Source: Azolla caroliniana
Lineage: Eukaryota; Plantae; Polypodiophyta
Assembly: GCA_043228905.1 (NCBI GenBank)
Contig: JBHGNT010000008.1
Location: forward strand, 9,114,001-9,178,000
Direction of reading: 5' to 3'
DNA length: 64,000 nucleotides
Positions within the stretch are counted from its first letter, which is position 1, and each line of letters starts with the position of its first letter. The translations under genes and the position numbers were made by a program. Of this stretch, positions 50,557 through 61,837 are shown piece by piece. The notes beneath the pieces were generated by a model, which worked only from the letters and a program-made list of their open reading frames with translations, ran no database searches and was not told the origin of the DNA.

Positions 50557-51713
50557 ATGGCTACTGTTAGCGCCCAAGAATACCAATCCGTTTTCTCTGA
50601 GCTACAGTGCCTAAAAGAAAAGTTTGTTGCCCTGGAACAAGAAAACCAACGGCTGATAGGGGATCTGCAACAAATCGCTCTAGAAAAACAACAAACGCAA
50701 CAACAACATGGGGAGTTAGCGTTACGGGTACAACAACTCGAAGCAGCGTTGCAACAACAAGGATCCAGTCCCCAAGGGTTTCATAAAGAGCCCAAGATTG
50801 GACTTCCTGTGAAATTTGATGGAACGCGTTCGCAATTCCGGGGATTCCTTAATCAGGTACGCTTAGTCATCCAGATGCATCCTTCCCGATATCCCACTGA
50901 TGCATCTCGAGTCGGCCTAATAGGCACGCTACTTAGCGGCTCAGCCTTGGCATGGTTTGCTCCGCTTCTAGAAAAACAATCACCCTTACTTAATAACTTT
51001 GAAGATTTTATTGGTGAGTTTAAACCTGCTTTGGAGACACCGACAGCATCAGGACGGCGATCAACAAGATCCGGCGATTGCGTCAAGGCGATCGTCCAGC
51101 CTCTGCCTACGCGGCGGATTTCCGCCTACTTGCTTCAGATATACCCTGGGATGATCAAGCACTAATGGAGCAGTTTCGCTATGGCTTGCGAAACGATGTC
51201 AAAGATCTACTTCTAACTTTCCCCGAAGAACCAAAGTCTCTTACGGAGGCAATCAGTCGAGCAGTTCGATGTGACAACTGCCTTTTTGAACGGCGTTCAG
51301 AACGTCAATTACAGATACCACGCTCTAGGCCAGAGCCCACTTACGCCGCAGTCGCGGCTAAACCGTTTGCACGAGACACACCTCAAGCAAATACTTCGAC
51401 ACCGATGGAGATCGATACCATGCGTCGACGCGGCCCGTTATCGGAAGAAGAAAAGCAACGACGACGTGCCAATCGATTATGTCTTTATTGCGGTGGACCA
51501 GGACATATCGCCATCAATTGTCCCCATAGGCCAAGAAGACAGGTAAATCAAATCGTCGCCTGTACTAAACCCGAGTCAATTCTTCCCTTTGGAGTGTCTG
51601 ATAGTATTAATAGTACTAATAGAGTGTCAGATAGTATTCATAGTACTAATAGCCCAAGTATCTCAAATAAATTTGAAATCCTTAGTCAATTAGATGAAGA
51701 GTTAAACGATTGA
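50557..51713 (+). CDS. Chromovirus Gag with one frameshift near 51025
   Basis: Coiled-coil N-terminus, PVKFDG, LRQG...YAADF, PMEID and CLYCGGPGHIAINC. The frame break at AAACCTGCTTT is consistent with loss of one base. Confidence 0.9.
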
Positions 51714-54700
51714 GTCCAGCCAAAATAGGAGCCATTTGGTTGGACAGCAGCCCTAGATCTGTACAGCCCATTAGTGGTTCCATTCCTTCCAAGCAAGTTA
51801 GCAATGTGTTCCTAGCCCAAGTCATTGTTAGTACTAAAAGTACTCCCCCAGTACCCGTCCTAGCACTTTTAGATTCCGGAGCTAATTCCTGTTTCATGGA
51901 TCGAAATTTTGCCCAAGCTTCTCAGATATCCTTAAGAAAACTTCCTTGTCCCGCATCTGTAGTGGTCATTCATGGTCGTCCCATTGCTTCCGGGAATATT
52001 GTAGAAGAATCAGAACCCATTCAAGTTGTCCTAGGTAGTTTTGTGTGTATAATATCATTTAATATAATTAGTAGTCCAGAGCATCCCATTGTCCGAGGAT
52101 TACCTTGGCTTGAATTACATAATCCAGCCATAGATTGGAGAACAAGAGAAGTCCGATATCGACCACCCCAAGAATCAACTCACCGAGTTTCGACCATTTC
52201 ACTCCATCAACTACGCGAAGAAGGACCCAAGGAGGCAATGTTCCTATTTGCCATATCAGTACATCCTTCTAGCACTATTAAGGACTCCTCAATACAACTT
52301 CCGGCAAAATATCATCCTTATGCCGATGTATTTGACAAGGTAAAAGCCGGTACCCTTCCTCATCACCGTCCCTATGACTGTCCCATCGATTTACAACCAG
52401 GAACCGAGCCACCATGGGGACCAATTTACAACTTGTCACCCACCGAGTTAGAAGTCCTTCGAGCCTACATAGAGGAGAACTTGGCAAGCGGGTTCATCCG
52501 TCATTCGAAATCTCCGGCCGGTGCACCCATCTTCTTTGTCAAGAAGAAAGATGGCTCACTTCGTCTTGTCGTTGATTACCGCGGATTGAATAAAGTCACC
52601 ATCCGGAATAGGTATGCACTTCCTCTTATATCAAGTCTTTTAGAGCGAGTTAATGGTGCCAAGTTTTTTACTAAAATCGACCTACGAGGAGCGTATAATC
52701 TCGTGCGGATCCGACCGGGAGATGAGTGGAAGACTGCTTTTCGCACGCGGTATGGGCATTTCGAGTATACTGTTATGCCGTTTGGCCTAACCAATGCACC
52801 CGCAGTCTTCCAACACATGGCAAATGATATATTCAGAGACCTCTTGGATATCTGTTTGATCATTTATCTGGATGATCTGTTGATTTATTCGAAGACCCAG
52901 GAAGAGCACAATTCTCATGTACTATTAGTACTAAAGCGACTCCGCGAGAATGGTCTTTATGCCAAGCTAGAGAAATGTAGCTTTGACTGCAAGCAAGTGG
53001 AATTTCTAGGCTACGTCATCTCCTCAAAGGGCATCGCCATGGATCCAGCTAAAATCCAAACTGTACTAGAGTGGCAAATTCCACGGTCGGTACGAGATGT
53101 ACAATGTTTTCTAGGCTTTGCTAACTTCTACCGTAAGTTTATACAGGATTACTCGAAGATTATTTTACCTCTCACACAACTTACGAAGAAGGGCCAAGCA
53201 TTTCTTTGGTCCATCGAAGCAGATATGGCTTTTCGGCATCTTAAGAAAGCCTTTACATCAGCACCGATTCTAGCTCATGTGGATACAAGCAAACCATTCA
53301 TCATGGAGGCCGACGCATCAGATTTCGCCCTCGGTAGCATCCTTTCTCAACAAGGCGATAAAGAAGAGTTGCATCCAGTGGCTTTCCATTCGCGCAAATT
53401 CAATGTCGCAGAAATCAACTACGAAATACATGACAAGGAGTTATTAGCCATCGTGGATTCATTTGTACAATGGCGGCATTTCTTAGAGGGCTCTCCACAT
53501 CAAGTCATTGTCTTTAGCGATCATAAAAATCTTGCTTATTTTCAGAACGCTCGCGTACTAAATCGACGGCAAGCTCGGTGGGCGCAATTCCTCACGCGTT
53601 TCAACTTCGAAATCACATATCGACCGGGGAAGCAGCAAGGAAAAGCAGATGCACTATCACGGCGTTCATATCTTGCACCTCGTCCTGGTGACGCAACATT
53701 TGATAATCAAAAGCAAGTAATCTTGGGACCAACACGATTGCACACGACGCGGATTTTTCACACCCCGATGGATTCACGGATTACTGATGACATACGTGCA
53801 ACCTTGAAGACGGATAGTTTTGCTCAAGACATCCTGGCGCACATTGATACTTCTCGGGCATCCTGTTCTCAGTCTCAACAACCAGGTATTGACTACCGAC
53901 AATTCGAATATCATGATGGTTTGTTATTCTTTAAAAAGCGCGTATATGTCCCCGATTGCTCCGGTCGCCTTCAAATCGTCCAACATTGTCACGACACCCA
54001 TACGGCGGGACATTTCGGTAGTACCAAGACGTTGGAGTTAGTGCAGCGATCTTTTTGGTGGCCCCACATGCGCCGTTTTGTCGACGACTATGTTCGGACC
54101 TGTGATGCTTGCTGCCGAGCAAAGATGCCACGACACCATCCATATGGCTTGTTGGAACCTTTACCAATTCCAAGTAAGCCATGGCAGTCTATTTGTCTTG
54201 ATTTTATTACAGATCTGCCGGTCTCGAAGGGGTTCGATGCTATCCTAACCGTCGTCGATCGATATACGAAGATGGCACATTTTGTGCCATGTACTAAAGC
54301 CATCACTAGCGAGGAAACCGCCGCTCTTGTTATGCGTGAGGTATTTCGGCATCATGGCCTACCAGACAGTATTATCAGTGACCGAGGCCCGCAATTTGTC
54401 TCCAAATTTTGGCAGCATCTCTTCAGGATGCTCAAGGTCTCCTGCAACCTCTCCTCCGGCTACCATCCTCAAACTGACGGACAGGCGGAACGAACAAATC
54501 AAACGTTGGAGCAATATCTCCGGTGTTTCCTGAGTTATCAACAGGACGATTGGGCCGAGATTCTCCACTTTGCGGAGTTTGCGTATAATAATGCTATTCA
54601 CTCCTCGACTCGGGTCTCCCCATTTCTCGCTTATACCGGTTTCCATCCTCGCTGGTCGGTGATCGACACTCCGGAGCTACCTACCAACCCTCGTGCCGAG

Positions 54701-55279
54701 GACCATTTGGAGAGGCTACGCAAGATCCAGATGGATCTCTCTACTCACCTTCGTCATGCTCAACGCACACAGAAGACTTATGCGGATCGTCATCGGATTC
54801 CCTCCTCTTTTGCCATCGGAGATCGAGTATGGCTCTTACGTCGTCACATCAAGACTACTCGACCGTGCGACAAGTTGGATTATCGACGACTCGGTCCTTT
54901 CCGTATTACGGGGAAGATTAATGATGTCACCTTCCGCTTGGATCTCCCTCCGCAGCTTCAGATACATCCGGTTTTCCATTGTTCTCTTCTTGAACCTTAT
55001 AAAGCAAACACCATTCCCGATCGTGTGACACCACCGCCGCCCCCGCTGGAGTTGGACGACGGCCCGGAGTATGAAGTTGCTGCCATCCTCGATTCCAAAC
55101 TTGTTCGCAACAAACTTTATTACTTGGTCGATTGGCTCGGTTATAGTCCGAGCGAACGTACTTGGGAACCCGTCGAGAATGTTGCCAATGCACAAGATCT
55201 TCTTGCTGATTTCCACCGAAAGTATCCGGACAAACCCGGTCCGCAGTTAACGCCGACTCGTTCCACTCGTCGTCTTTAA
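51710..55279 (+). CDS. Chromovirus Pol (PR-RT-RNase H-integrase-chromodomain), uninterrupted, in the -1 frame relative to gag
   Basis: LLDSGA, YLDD, EADASD, CHD...GH...CDAC, SDRG, GPF and C-terminal YEVAAILDS...YLVDWLGY...TWEP. Confidence 0.97.
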   Translation: MSPAKIGAIWLDSSPRSVQPISGSIPSKQVSNVFLAQVIVSTKSTPPVPVLALLDSGANSCFMDRNFAQASQISLRKLPCPASVVVIHGRPIASGNIVEESEPIQVVLGSFVCIISFNIISSPEHPIVRGLPWLELHNPAIDWRTREVRYRPPQESTHRVSTISLHQLREEGPKEAMFLFAISVHPSSTIKDSSIQLPAKYHPYADVFDKVKAGTLPHHRPYDCPIDLQPGTEPPWGPIYNLSPTELEVLRAYIEENLASGFIRHSKSPAGAPIFFVKKKDGSLRLVVDYRGLNKVTIRNRYALPLISSLLERVNGAKFFTKIDLRGAYNLVRIRPGDEWKTAFRTRYGHFEYTVMPFGLTNAPAVFQHMANDIFRDLLDICLIIYLDDLLIYSKTQEEHNSHVLLVLKRLRENGLYAKLEKCSFDCKQVEFLGYVISSKGIAMDPAKIQTVLEWQIPRSVRDVQCFLGFANFYRKFIQDYSKIILPLTQLTKKGQAFLWSIEADMAFRHLKKAFTSAPILAHVDTSKPFIMEADASDFALGSILSQQGDKEELHPVAFHSRKFNVAEINYEIHDKELLAIVDSFVQWRHFLEGSPHQVIVFSDHKNLAYFQNARVLNRRQARWAQFLTRFNFEITYRPGKQQGKADALSRRSYLAPRPGDATFDNQKQVILGPTRLHTTRIFHTPMDSRITDDIRATLKTDSFAQDILAHIDTSRASCSQSQQPGIDYRQFEYHDGLLFFKKRVYVPDCSGRLQIVQHCHDTHTAGHFGSTKTLELVQRSFWWPHMRRFVDDYVRTCDACCRAKMPRHHPYGLLEPLPIPSKPWQSICLDFITDLPVSKGFDAILTVVDRYTKMAHFVPCTKAITSEETAALVMREVFRHHGLPDSIISDRGPQFVSKFWQHLFRMLKVSCNLSSGYHPQTDGQAERTNQTLEQYLRCFLSYQQDDWAEILHFAEFAYNNAIHSSTRVSPFLAYTGFHPRWSVIDTPELPTNPRAEDHLERLRKIQMDLSTHLRHAQRTQKTYADRHRIPSSFAIGDRVWLLRRHIKTTRPCDKLDYRRLGPFRITGKINDVTFRLDLPPQLQIHPVFHCSLLEPYKANTIPDRVTPPPPPLELDDGPEYEVAAILDSKLVRNKLYYLVDWLGYSPSERTWEPVENVANAQDLLADFHRKYPDKPGPQLTPTRSTRRL

Positions 55280-57579
55280 GGGGGAGATAGTGTCATGGCA
55301 AGACTCGAACCCATGACTTTATGCTACATGGGTCGAGCTCTTACCATTAGATTAGGAATTGTATTTTGTAGGATATTATTTTCATTTATACTTTATCATA
55401 GAAAATTGATGTATATTCCAGATCTCTCTGGAACATTCTAGAAGCTTCAAGATTATTCCTAAAAACACTATAAAAGGAGGCACAAGGCATTGTTTTGAAC
55501 CAAATTGGTTCAACGCCAGTCTTAAGCCTCTTAGCCGCTTGTACTTATCTTTTCACATAATATATAGTTGTTGTCATCATCTCTCTCATTCTCGCTATCT
55601 CTCTCTCTCTCCTCTTCTCACTTCCTCTCTCGGGAATCTTACGCAGTCCCGTCCTCTTAGTACTAATAGTACTGCTGTTCATAGTACTAATTCCATCTCT
55701 GTTTTAGTACTATTCCTGACACAAGCCACTTCTCGCGGCTTTGAGAGATGCAGACGAAAAACATCGTTTCGGCTTGCCGAAATTTAGTGGCCGAAAGGGC
55801 CAAGTCTGCGAAGCCTCCTAGTTAGGGAAGCATGACTGACTTCCGTTCCCAAATGAAAGAAATCGGAGCCGAAACAAGCTCAATTTAATCCATTCGGATG
55901 TATGGGGACCAATACAGAACGTGAGTATCGATGGAAGTCGTTACTTTGTAACCTTCATCGATGATTACCACTTAGCACACTTGAGCGTGTTTAATCGAGA
56001 AGAAAAGCGAAGTCTTCTCTTGCTTCTTGAAGGTGAAAAGCCTTGCCGAACGGGAGGCCCATCGAAAGATCAAGTGCCTAAGGTTCGATGGCAGAAAAGA
56101 GTACTTTTCAGACCAGTTCTCTAGCTATCTGTAGCTATATTAGGCAGGAGTAGTAGAGGTGTTAGTCGACTACACGGATGCCGATTAGGCCGGAAATGCC
56201 AACAATACAGGTCAACATCTGGATTCACGTTTTCATTGGGAAGCACGTGATTGCCTGGAGCAGTAAAAAGCAGCCGAAAGTGACACTATCGAGCATTGAG
56301 GCCAAGTATCGAGGGGCGATTGTCGTTACATGTGAAGCCATTTGGCTCAAAAGTCTATTGAAGGATCTGCAAGTGGAGGTGTCCAAACCGACAATCATAT
56401 ATTGCGGCAACCTCAGCAACATCCAACTTGCAAAGAACCTAGTCTTCCACTTCCGGACCAAGAACATTGAGGTGCACTATCATTTCGTCCGCAAGCAAGT
56501 CCTCTCTGGTGAAGTCGAACTTGTGTATGTTCTGATTGATCGGCAAGTGGCCGACATCTTCACCAAACCTCTTGGCCTAGACAAGTTGTGGCAATTCTCT
56601 TGGAGTAGCAAGAAGCAGCCAACCGTCACACTTTCGAGCACAAAGGCCGAATACAAGGGCGCAACTATAGCTACATGTGAAGCTATATGGCTCAAGAGGA
56701 TAATTAAGGAACTGGACGTCTCCATGAACGATCCAATCTTGGTTTACTATGACAATCTCAGCAGTATCCATCTTGCTCGAAACCTTGTCTTCCATGCCCG
56801 GACAAAGCACATTGAGGTGCACTATCACTTAATCCCAAAACGTATCCTTGCAAAGGATGTCAACCTTCAGCACATCAACACCAATCTTCAAATAGCCAAC
56901 ATCTTTAGGGAAGCTTTGGGGACCGACCAACTTCGGCAATTTTCGACAGAGCTTGGTCTTTCGACATACAACTTGCCGAGCTTGAGGAGGAGTGATGGTC
57001 AACCTGGCAGCTAACTCAGTCATGACATGGTTGAGCTTCAAGGGGCGTGTTGAGAATCAAACTCAACCTAACCTAATGTGTGAACACACCCTTTGAGAAT
57101 GTATAAGCACTCAAAGGTCAAAGGTCACGACTAACTCTACAACATTAACTATGTGTCATAGAATCATATTCTATGACAAATACCTAATGAGTTTCCACAT
57201 TCCCCATGACACGTGACCTCTAGTGAGAGAATGTAGAGAGAGGGTGACTTTATATAAAGCACCTCTCTCCCTCTTTTGGTTGTTGGTTGTTGGTTGTTGG
57301 TTGTTGGTTGTTTTCTATTGTATTTCTTACTCCTTGTTAATATACATTTGAGTATTTTTATTTTCCTATCTATCTTGTGTCTCTTCTCTCCTCTTTCACA
57401 CACACATAACACACATCTCTAATCTATTCTGCATAACATAATTACTCTAGCTAATTATTTACAAGAACATCGACCAAGACAAATGAGGTTCGACTTCATA
57501 GATCACTTTAAACACTAGGAATTGTTGTCTAGAACAATTTCTTGCCTCCAATCTCTTTTGATAGTTTAACTCAAAGTAA

Positions 57580-58070
57580 AAGATGTTGACCTACGTCACC
57601 TTGATAATAGACATTGTGTCTTCATTCATAATAGACCCAACATTGTTAGAGTCAACAATAATAGACCTATTGATCACATTTAAGGATGTGTTCAATTGGA
57701 GCTATGCTAAATTGAAGGGGGTAACCCCCGAACTTATTAGTACTAGTGCATATAATTTGATGGAGGGAGTAAAACTAGAACGCCAATACCCTAGGCCCAT
57801 GAACCTACATTATGCTCAATGGTGAGAGAGGATTGGATAAGACCTAAGACGCATTCATCATCTACCCAATAGAATGCACCACATGAGTGTCTCCTATCAT
57901 GGTCTTCCCTAAAAACAATGGTAATATTAGGATGCGTGTGGACTTGGACTTCTAAAAGGTGAATGAAGCCATCATTCATGTAGTTGATTATCCAACACTA
58001 CATCAAGCACCTCAAACAGGTTTATTTATGTTTTTTCGAGGTATAAGTAGATCAAGATGGCTCTCAATAG
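57580..58070 (+). mobile_element. Decayed Ty3/gypsy RT fragment
   Basis: FKDVFNWSY..LKGV and SPIMVFPKNNGNIRMRVD, with stops. Confidence 0.6.
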
Positions 58071-58300
58071 TAAATGTGTAAGACAAGAATATGGGCTCAA
58101 TCATGTATGGTTATTGTTATTTTCCTAGTTCTAGAAAGATATTTTCGTAGTTTTGTGCAACATATATAGTATTATGTGTGAAGCATGAGTGTACGCCTCT
58201 CTAAAGACCTAATAGATGGAGGAGAGAGTGAGACAACTATTGGAAAAGTTGATTGAAGACATGATAGGAGTACTTGGAGACATGGTGTTCGTGTACTGGC

Positions 58301-58335
<35 letters not shown>

Positions 58336-61300
58336 CCCACACCTTTATTTAAGAGAGAGTAAGATAACAATTGGAAAATATGATTGAAGACATGAAACTA
58401 CTACTTGCGGATATGGAGTTGTGTGTGTTGTGGGTGCTAATCATATACTGAACTTTTATTGCGTTAATAAATTGGGAGACACTCTATGATAAGGAACTTG
58501 AGACTAATTGTAAATGATGAGGAGATTCCAGCTATATATGTTAAACTCACTTTACTTCAATTACATATGTGTGTGTGTGTGTGTGTGTGTTATTATGTCA
58601 TATCGTATGATGGTGTTATAGGTTCTACTCACGTGTCTTTTTCTTATCAATAAAAGTGACAATGTGAACTTTGTATTATTATTTTGGTAAGATAATGATT
58701 CACACACATGAGCTCCTTTTCCTTAATGATAAAAACAAATCCATGAAACTCAGAAATCCCAATCACACAGGAACGTCTTTATGTTCATTATTATTACAAA
58801 ACACCTTCAAGCAACACTAGGATTGTCAATCACAATTCCACTTTAGATATAATTGTCTGGAAGGTTGATTTATAGAACTGGAAATCATTTGGAAGTTTGT
58901 ATTTGTTTCACATCATTAACATAGATAGATTACAATATAATTTACCCTCTTTTTTATGTAATTGTAAAAACGATCCAAACTAGATATTATAGATGCAATC
59001 CTCGTAATTTGCGATTGTACCGATGATAACATTATAACAAAGGGTGAAAAATCATAACCAAAGAGTGAAAAGAATAACAAGTTATAAATATTGTAGACAA
59101 CTAAAAATATCACTTGACCATAATCAAACGAGGTTGATAGAACAAAAGGACGAAATGGTATAGTGTGAAATAGTAATACGTTTTTCCTAGTTTGAAGTTA
59201 CGTTTCAACATAGGCTCTCATAAACAGTGGATGTTCAATCTTAATAATTAATGCATGTTTTAATAATGATGTTATGCAAATGAATGAAGAAAAACATTTT
59301 TCGAAGATTTAGTATACTGCATTTTTTGACATATTTCAAAGAAACAAATTTCATAGCATTTGATAAGAAGGAATGTTCCATAGTGATTAGATTTATGATA
59401 CGATTATGTTTATCTATAGGATTTCTGATAGGAACCAAACAAACATTCTAATTTCTACATTTGAAATGTGGTTTACATACTCGAATGCATTTGCAAACAT
59501 TCTTTTTCATACGTTTGCAAACGTTATGAAAACATACTTTTGTTTTTTTTTACCTTAACTTTCTTACCTTATAATCAATAATGAATACAAAAGTATGCTA
59601 TTTACCATACTTTGATGGTGTTAACCATACTCGAATGCGAATGCACGTATGGTACGTATGGTTCATACTATGAAACTAAGTGTCAATAATTCACCACTAA
59701 CATTAAATTAAAGCTAGCATTGTTGTCCTTGATAACTCTCCTAAGTCCTAATTCTAAAACTTAATCATGATTTTCTACTCATCAAATCTATAGGTGTATA
59801 GCAAAAGGAACATCAATGATTATATTTCGCACTTCAACATAGGCCCTACCCATGACTCTTCAGTTACATTGGTGAAGTGAGAGGCTTGTCTTCAAGTTTT
59901 GATAGATATGATCGCACATGTTCCATATTGACCGCTTTCAATGCTTGTGTTAAAGATGTTGCTTTTGGTTCTAAAGAAAAGACATCTGAAGTGTTTGTAG
60001 AAATTGCATAACCATTGGACACAAAATGGAAATGAAGAAAGAAATATATCTACGGGGTGATAAAACACACAATATTATGATGTTCTAAAACACAAGCAAT
60101 GAATCAAAAAGTGGCAATACACCCTTTAAGAGTAAGGCTCTAAGTCGAGTTATGATGATTTATTGCTTGTGAACTCATGCAACCATGAAGTGATATCCAT
60201 GCAACCGATCACTCTCAAGACCACATCCACATCAATACATTGTAGAATGTTTTGGTGAAAGCATTAAGGAGCTTTCTTGATTTTTGTGTATACATACCAT
60301 TTAAATAGAAATGTAACATTTGTAATTGATGTTATACCCCATTCTTATAACCTGTCAAATCAAGATTCAAATCAATGCAAATCATTTCATTATCATCAAC
60401 AAGCATGCAAAACAAAACGTCAATTATCATCACGTTTAATAATCATGATCAAATCATGCATATACACATCTCCATTTGATTACAACATATTAGTTTTAAC
60501 AATGTAAATAAAAAATCCCCATTTGATCCTTGAAGAACAACATAAACAAAGATATTAGTCTAACATTATCATTGATAAAATCAAGTTTCATCTATTTCTC
60601 TTTAAAAATAAAAACATTTATGGATTTTGCTAGCAACGATTATTTATGGAAATTATGCAAGAATAATGTAGATTATGTATCAATAACTGCGCTTTTAAAG
60701 AAATTCGTTAGATTATTAATCTCTCTGTAGCGATGACGTTTTCCATTTAATCTTCCTTGTGCATCTTTGTTCAACAAACTACATTTACCATGCAATGTTA
60801 CTCCCATCTACAAGGTTTCTCATGCTACATAAATAAACCTTGCCTTAGACGAATATGTAAACAAATTTCTATTGCTACAAGTTTGGCACAAACTAAAGAA
60901 TGAGTAGAACGAGATTGTACATCAAATCAAAACAACAAACTAAGAACCAAATTTGTGAGAAAGTGACCTAGTTAAGGTAAACTCAACACCTAGTGTCTTT
61001 GATGTCTTACATCTAACGAAAATGAAGTTGTGAAAATTTGTGTGTGTGTGTGAATGGATAGTGATAACCTAGTTGAAGTTTAGTTGCATACATTTTGTGT
61101 TGCAATTGCATCTTAATCCAATAGTAGGTATTTGTTGACACCATACACCCCAAGGTCATGGGCATCGCTTCACACCTCACATTCTTGTGTGTATCCAAAT
61201 GCACATAAGTACACAAATGACATCCAACGAGTAAAGGAAACAATATTGGCACTTCAGCTTCTCAACCATTAGTTTGGAGTTCGAAACTTTCTGTTTTACA

Positions 61301-61837
61301 GTCGGTGCAAATTGACCGAACTATGTGCCAAGGTCTCATTTGAAAAAAAAACCCAATCAATCAATGATCCCATCGACGATCACATGATGTTGTTCAAGGT
61401 AAGACATTGGGTTGTCCCAAAAACTAAGCAATCAAAACCCACATTAAGAGGAAGGAGAAGACAAGAGGAATCTAGCATGTGGGGCTATAAACTAGCATAT
61501 AAAGACACGTACAAGAAAGACATGAAGGGTCAAGTAAAAAAAAGCAAAATCAATCTAGTATGCAGTGTGCACACTTACAAAGCAAGCAAAAAAAAAGCAC
61601 TAAAAGCAATGTAAAAAATAGGAATAAAAATTATCATTATTATTATTATAAACCTATATATATATATATATATATATCAATATGTATGCCACACCCTTTT
61701 GAGCACTCCTTACTTTTGAAACCTCCCGAACCATTACATTCAATGCATGACCACGCATATTGATTTTCTACCACCCTAGTCTTCTTGTGCTCTTTACATA
61801 TAAACAATCCAATGATCATGGAGACCTCCGTGTGAGC

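Larger units (their letters stand above)
50058..55721 (+). mobile_element. Full-length Ty3/gypsy chromovirus (Tcn1/Tf1-sushi-like); 431-bp LTRs 50058-50488 and 55291-55721
   Basis: TSD CAAGC (50053-50057, 55722-55726). PPT AAGGGGGAGATAG. I see two differences between the LTRs. Non-tRNA, self-complementary PBS. It splits the host copia at LWHK. Confidence 0.97.
46156..57469 (+). mobile_element. Rearranged Ty1/copia relic: LTR 46156-46565 with PBS, duplicated partial LTR/PBS 47423-47698, gag, PR, INT, two RNase H segments, family-B 3' LTR from 57048
   Basis: The LTR start TGTTGAGAGACAAGCTCAAC is shared with the 6706 and 18461 families. PBS at 46566-46577 and 47687-47698. Peptides MDKRMGSSLPT, CWYCGKKG, WYLDSCASNHM and two WSSKKQP. 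The right end is approximate. Confidence 0.8.

Noticed and set aside
58100-61750. Short ORFs and (GT)n tracts upstream of the NAL1-like gene
   Set aside because: AT-rich intergenic sequence; I could not find motifs, termini or TSDs to support a call.
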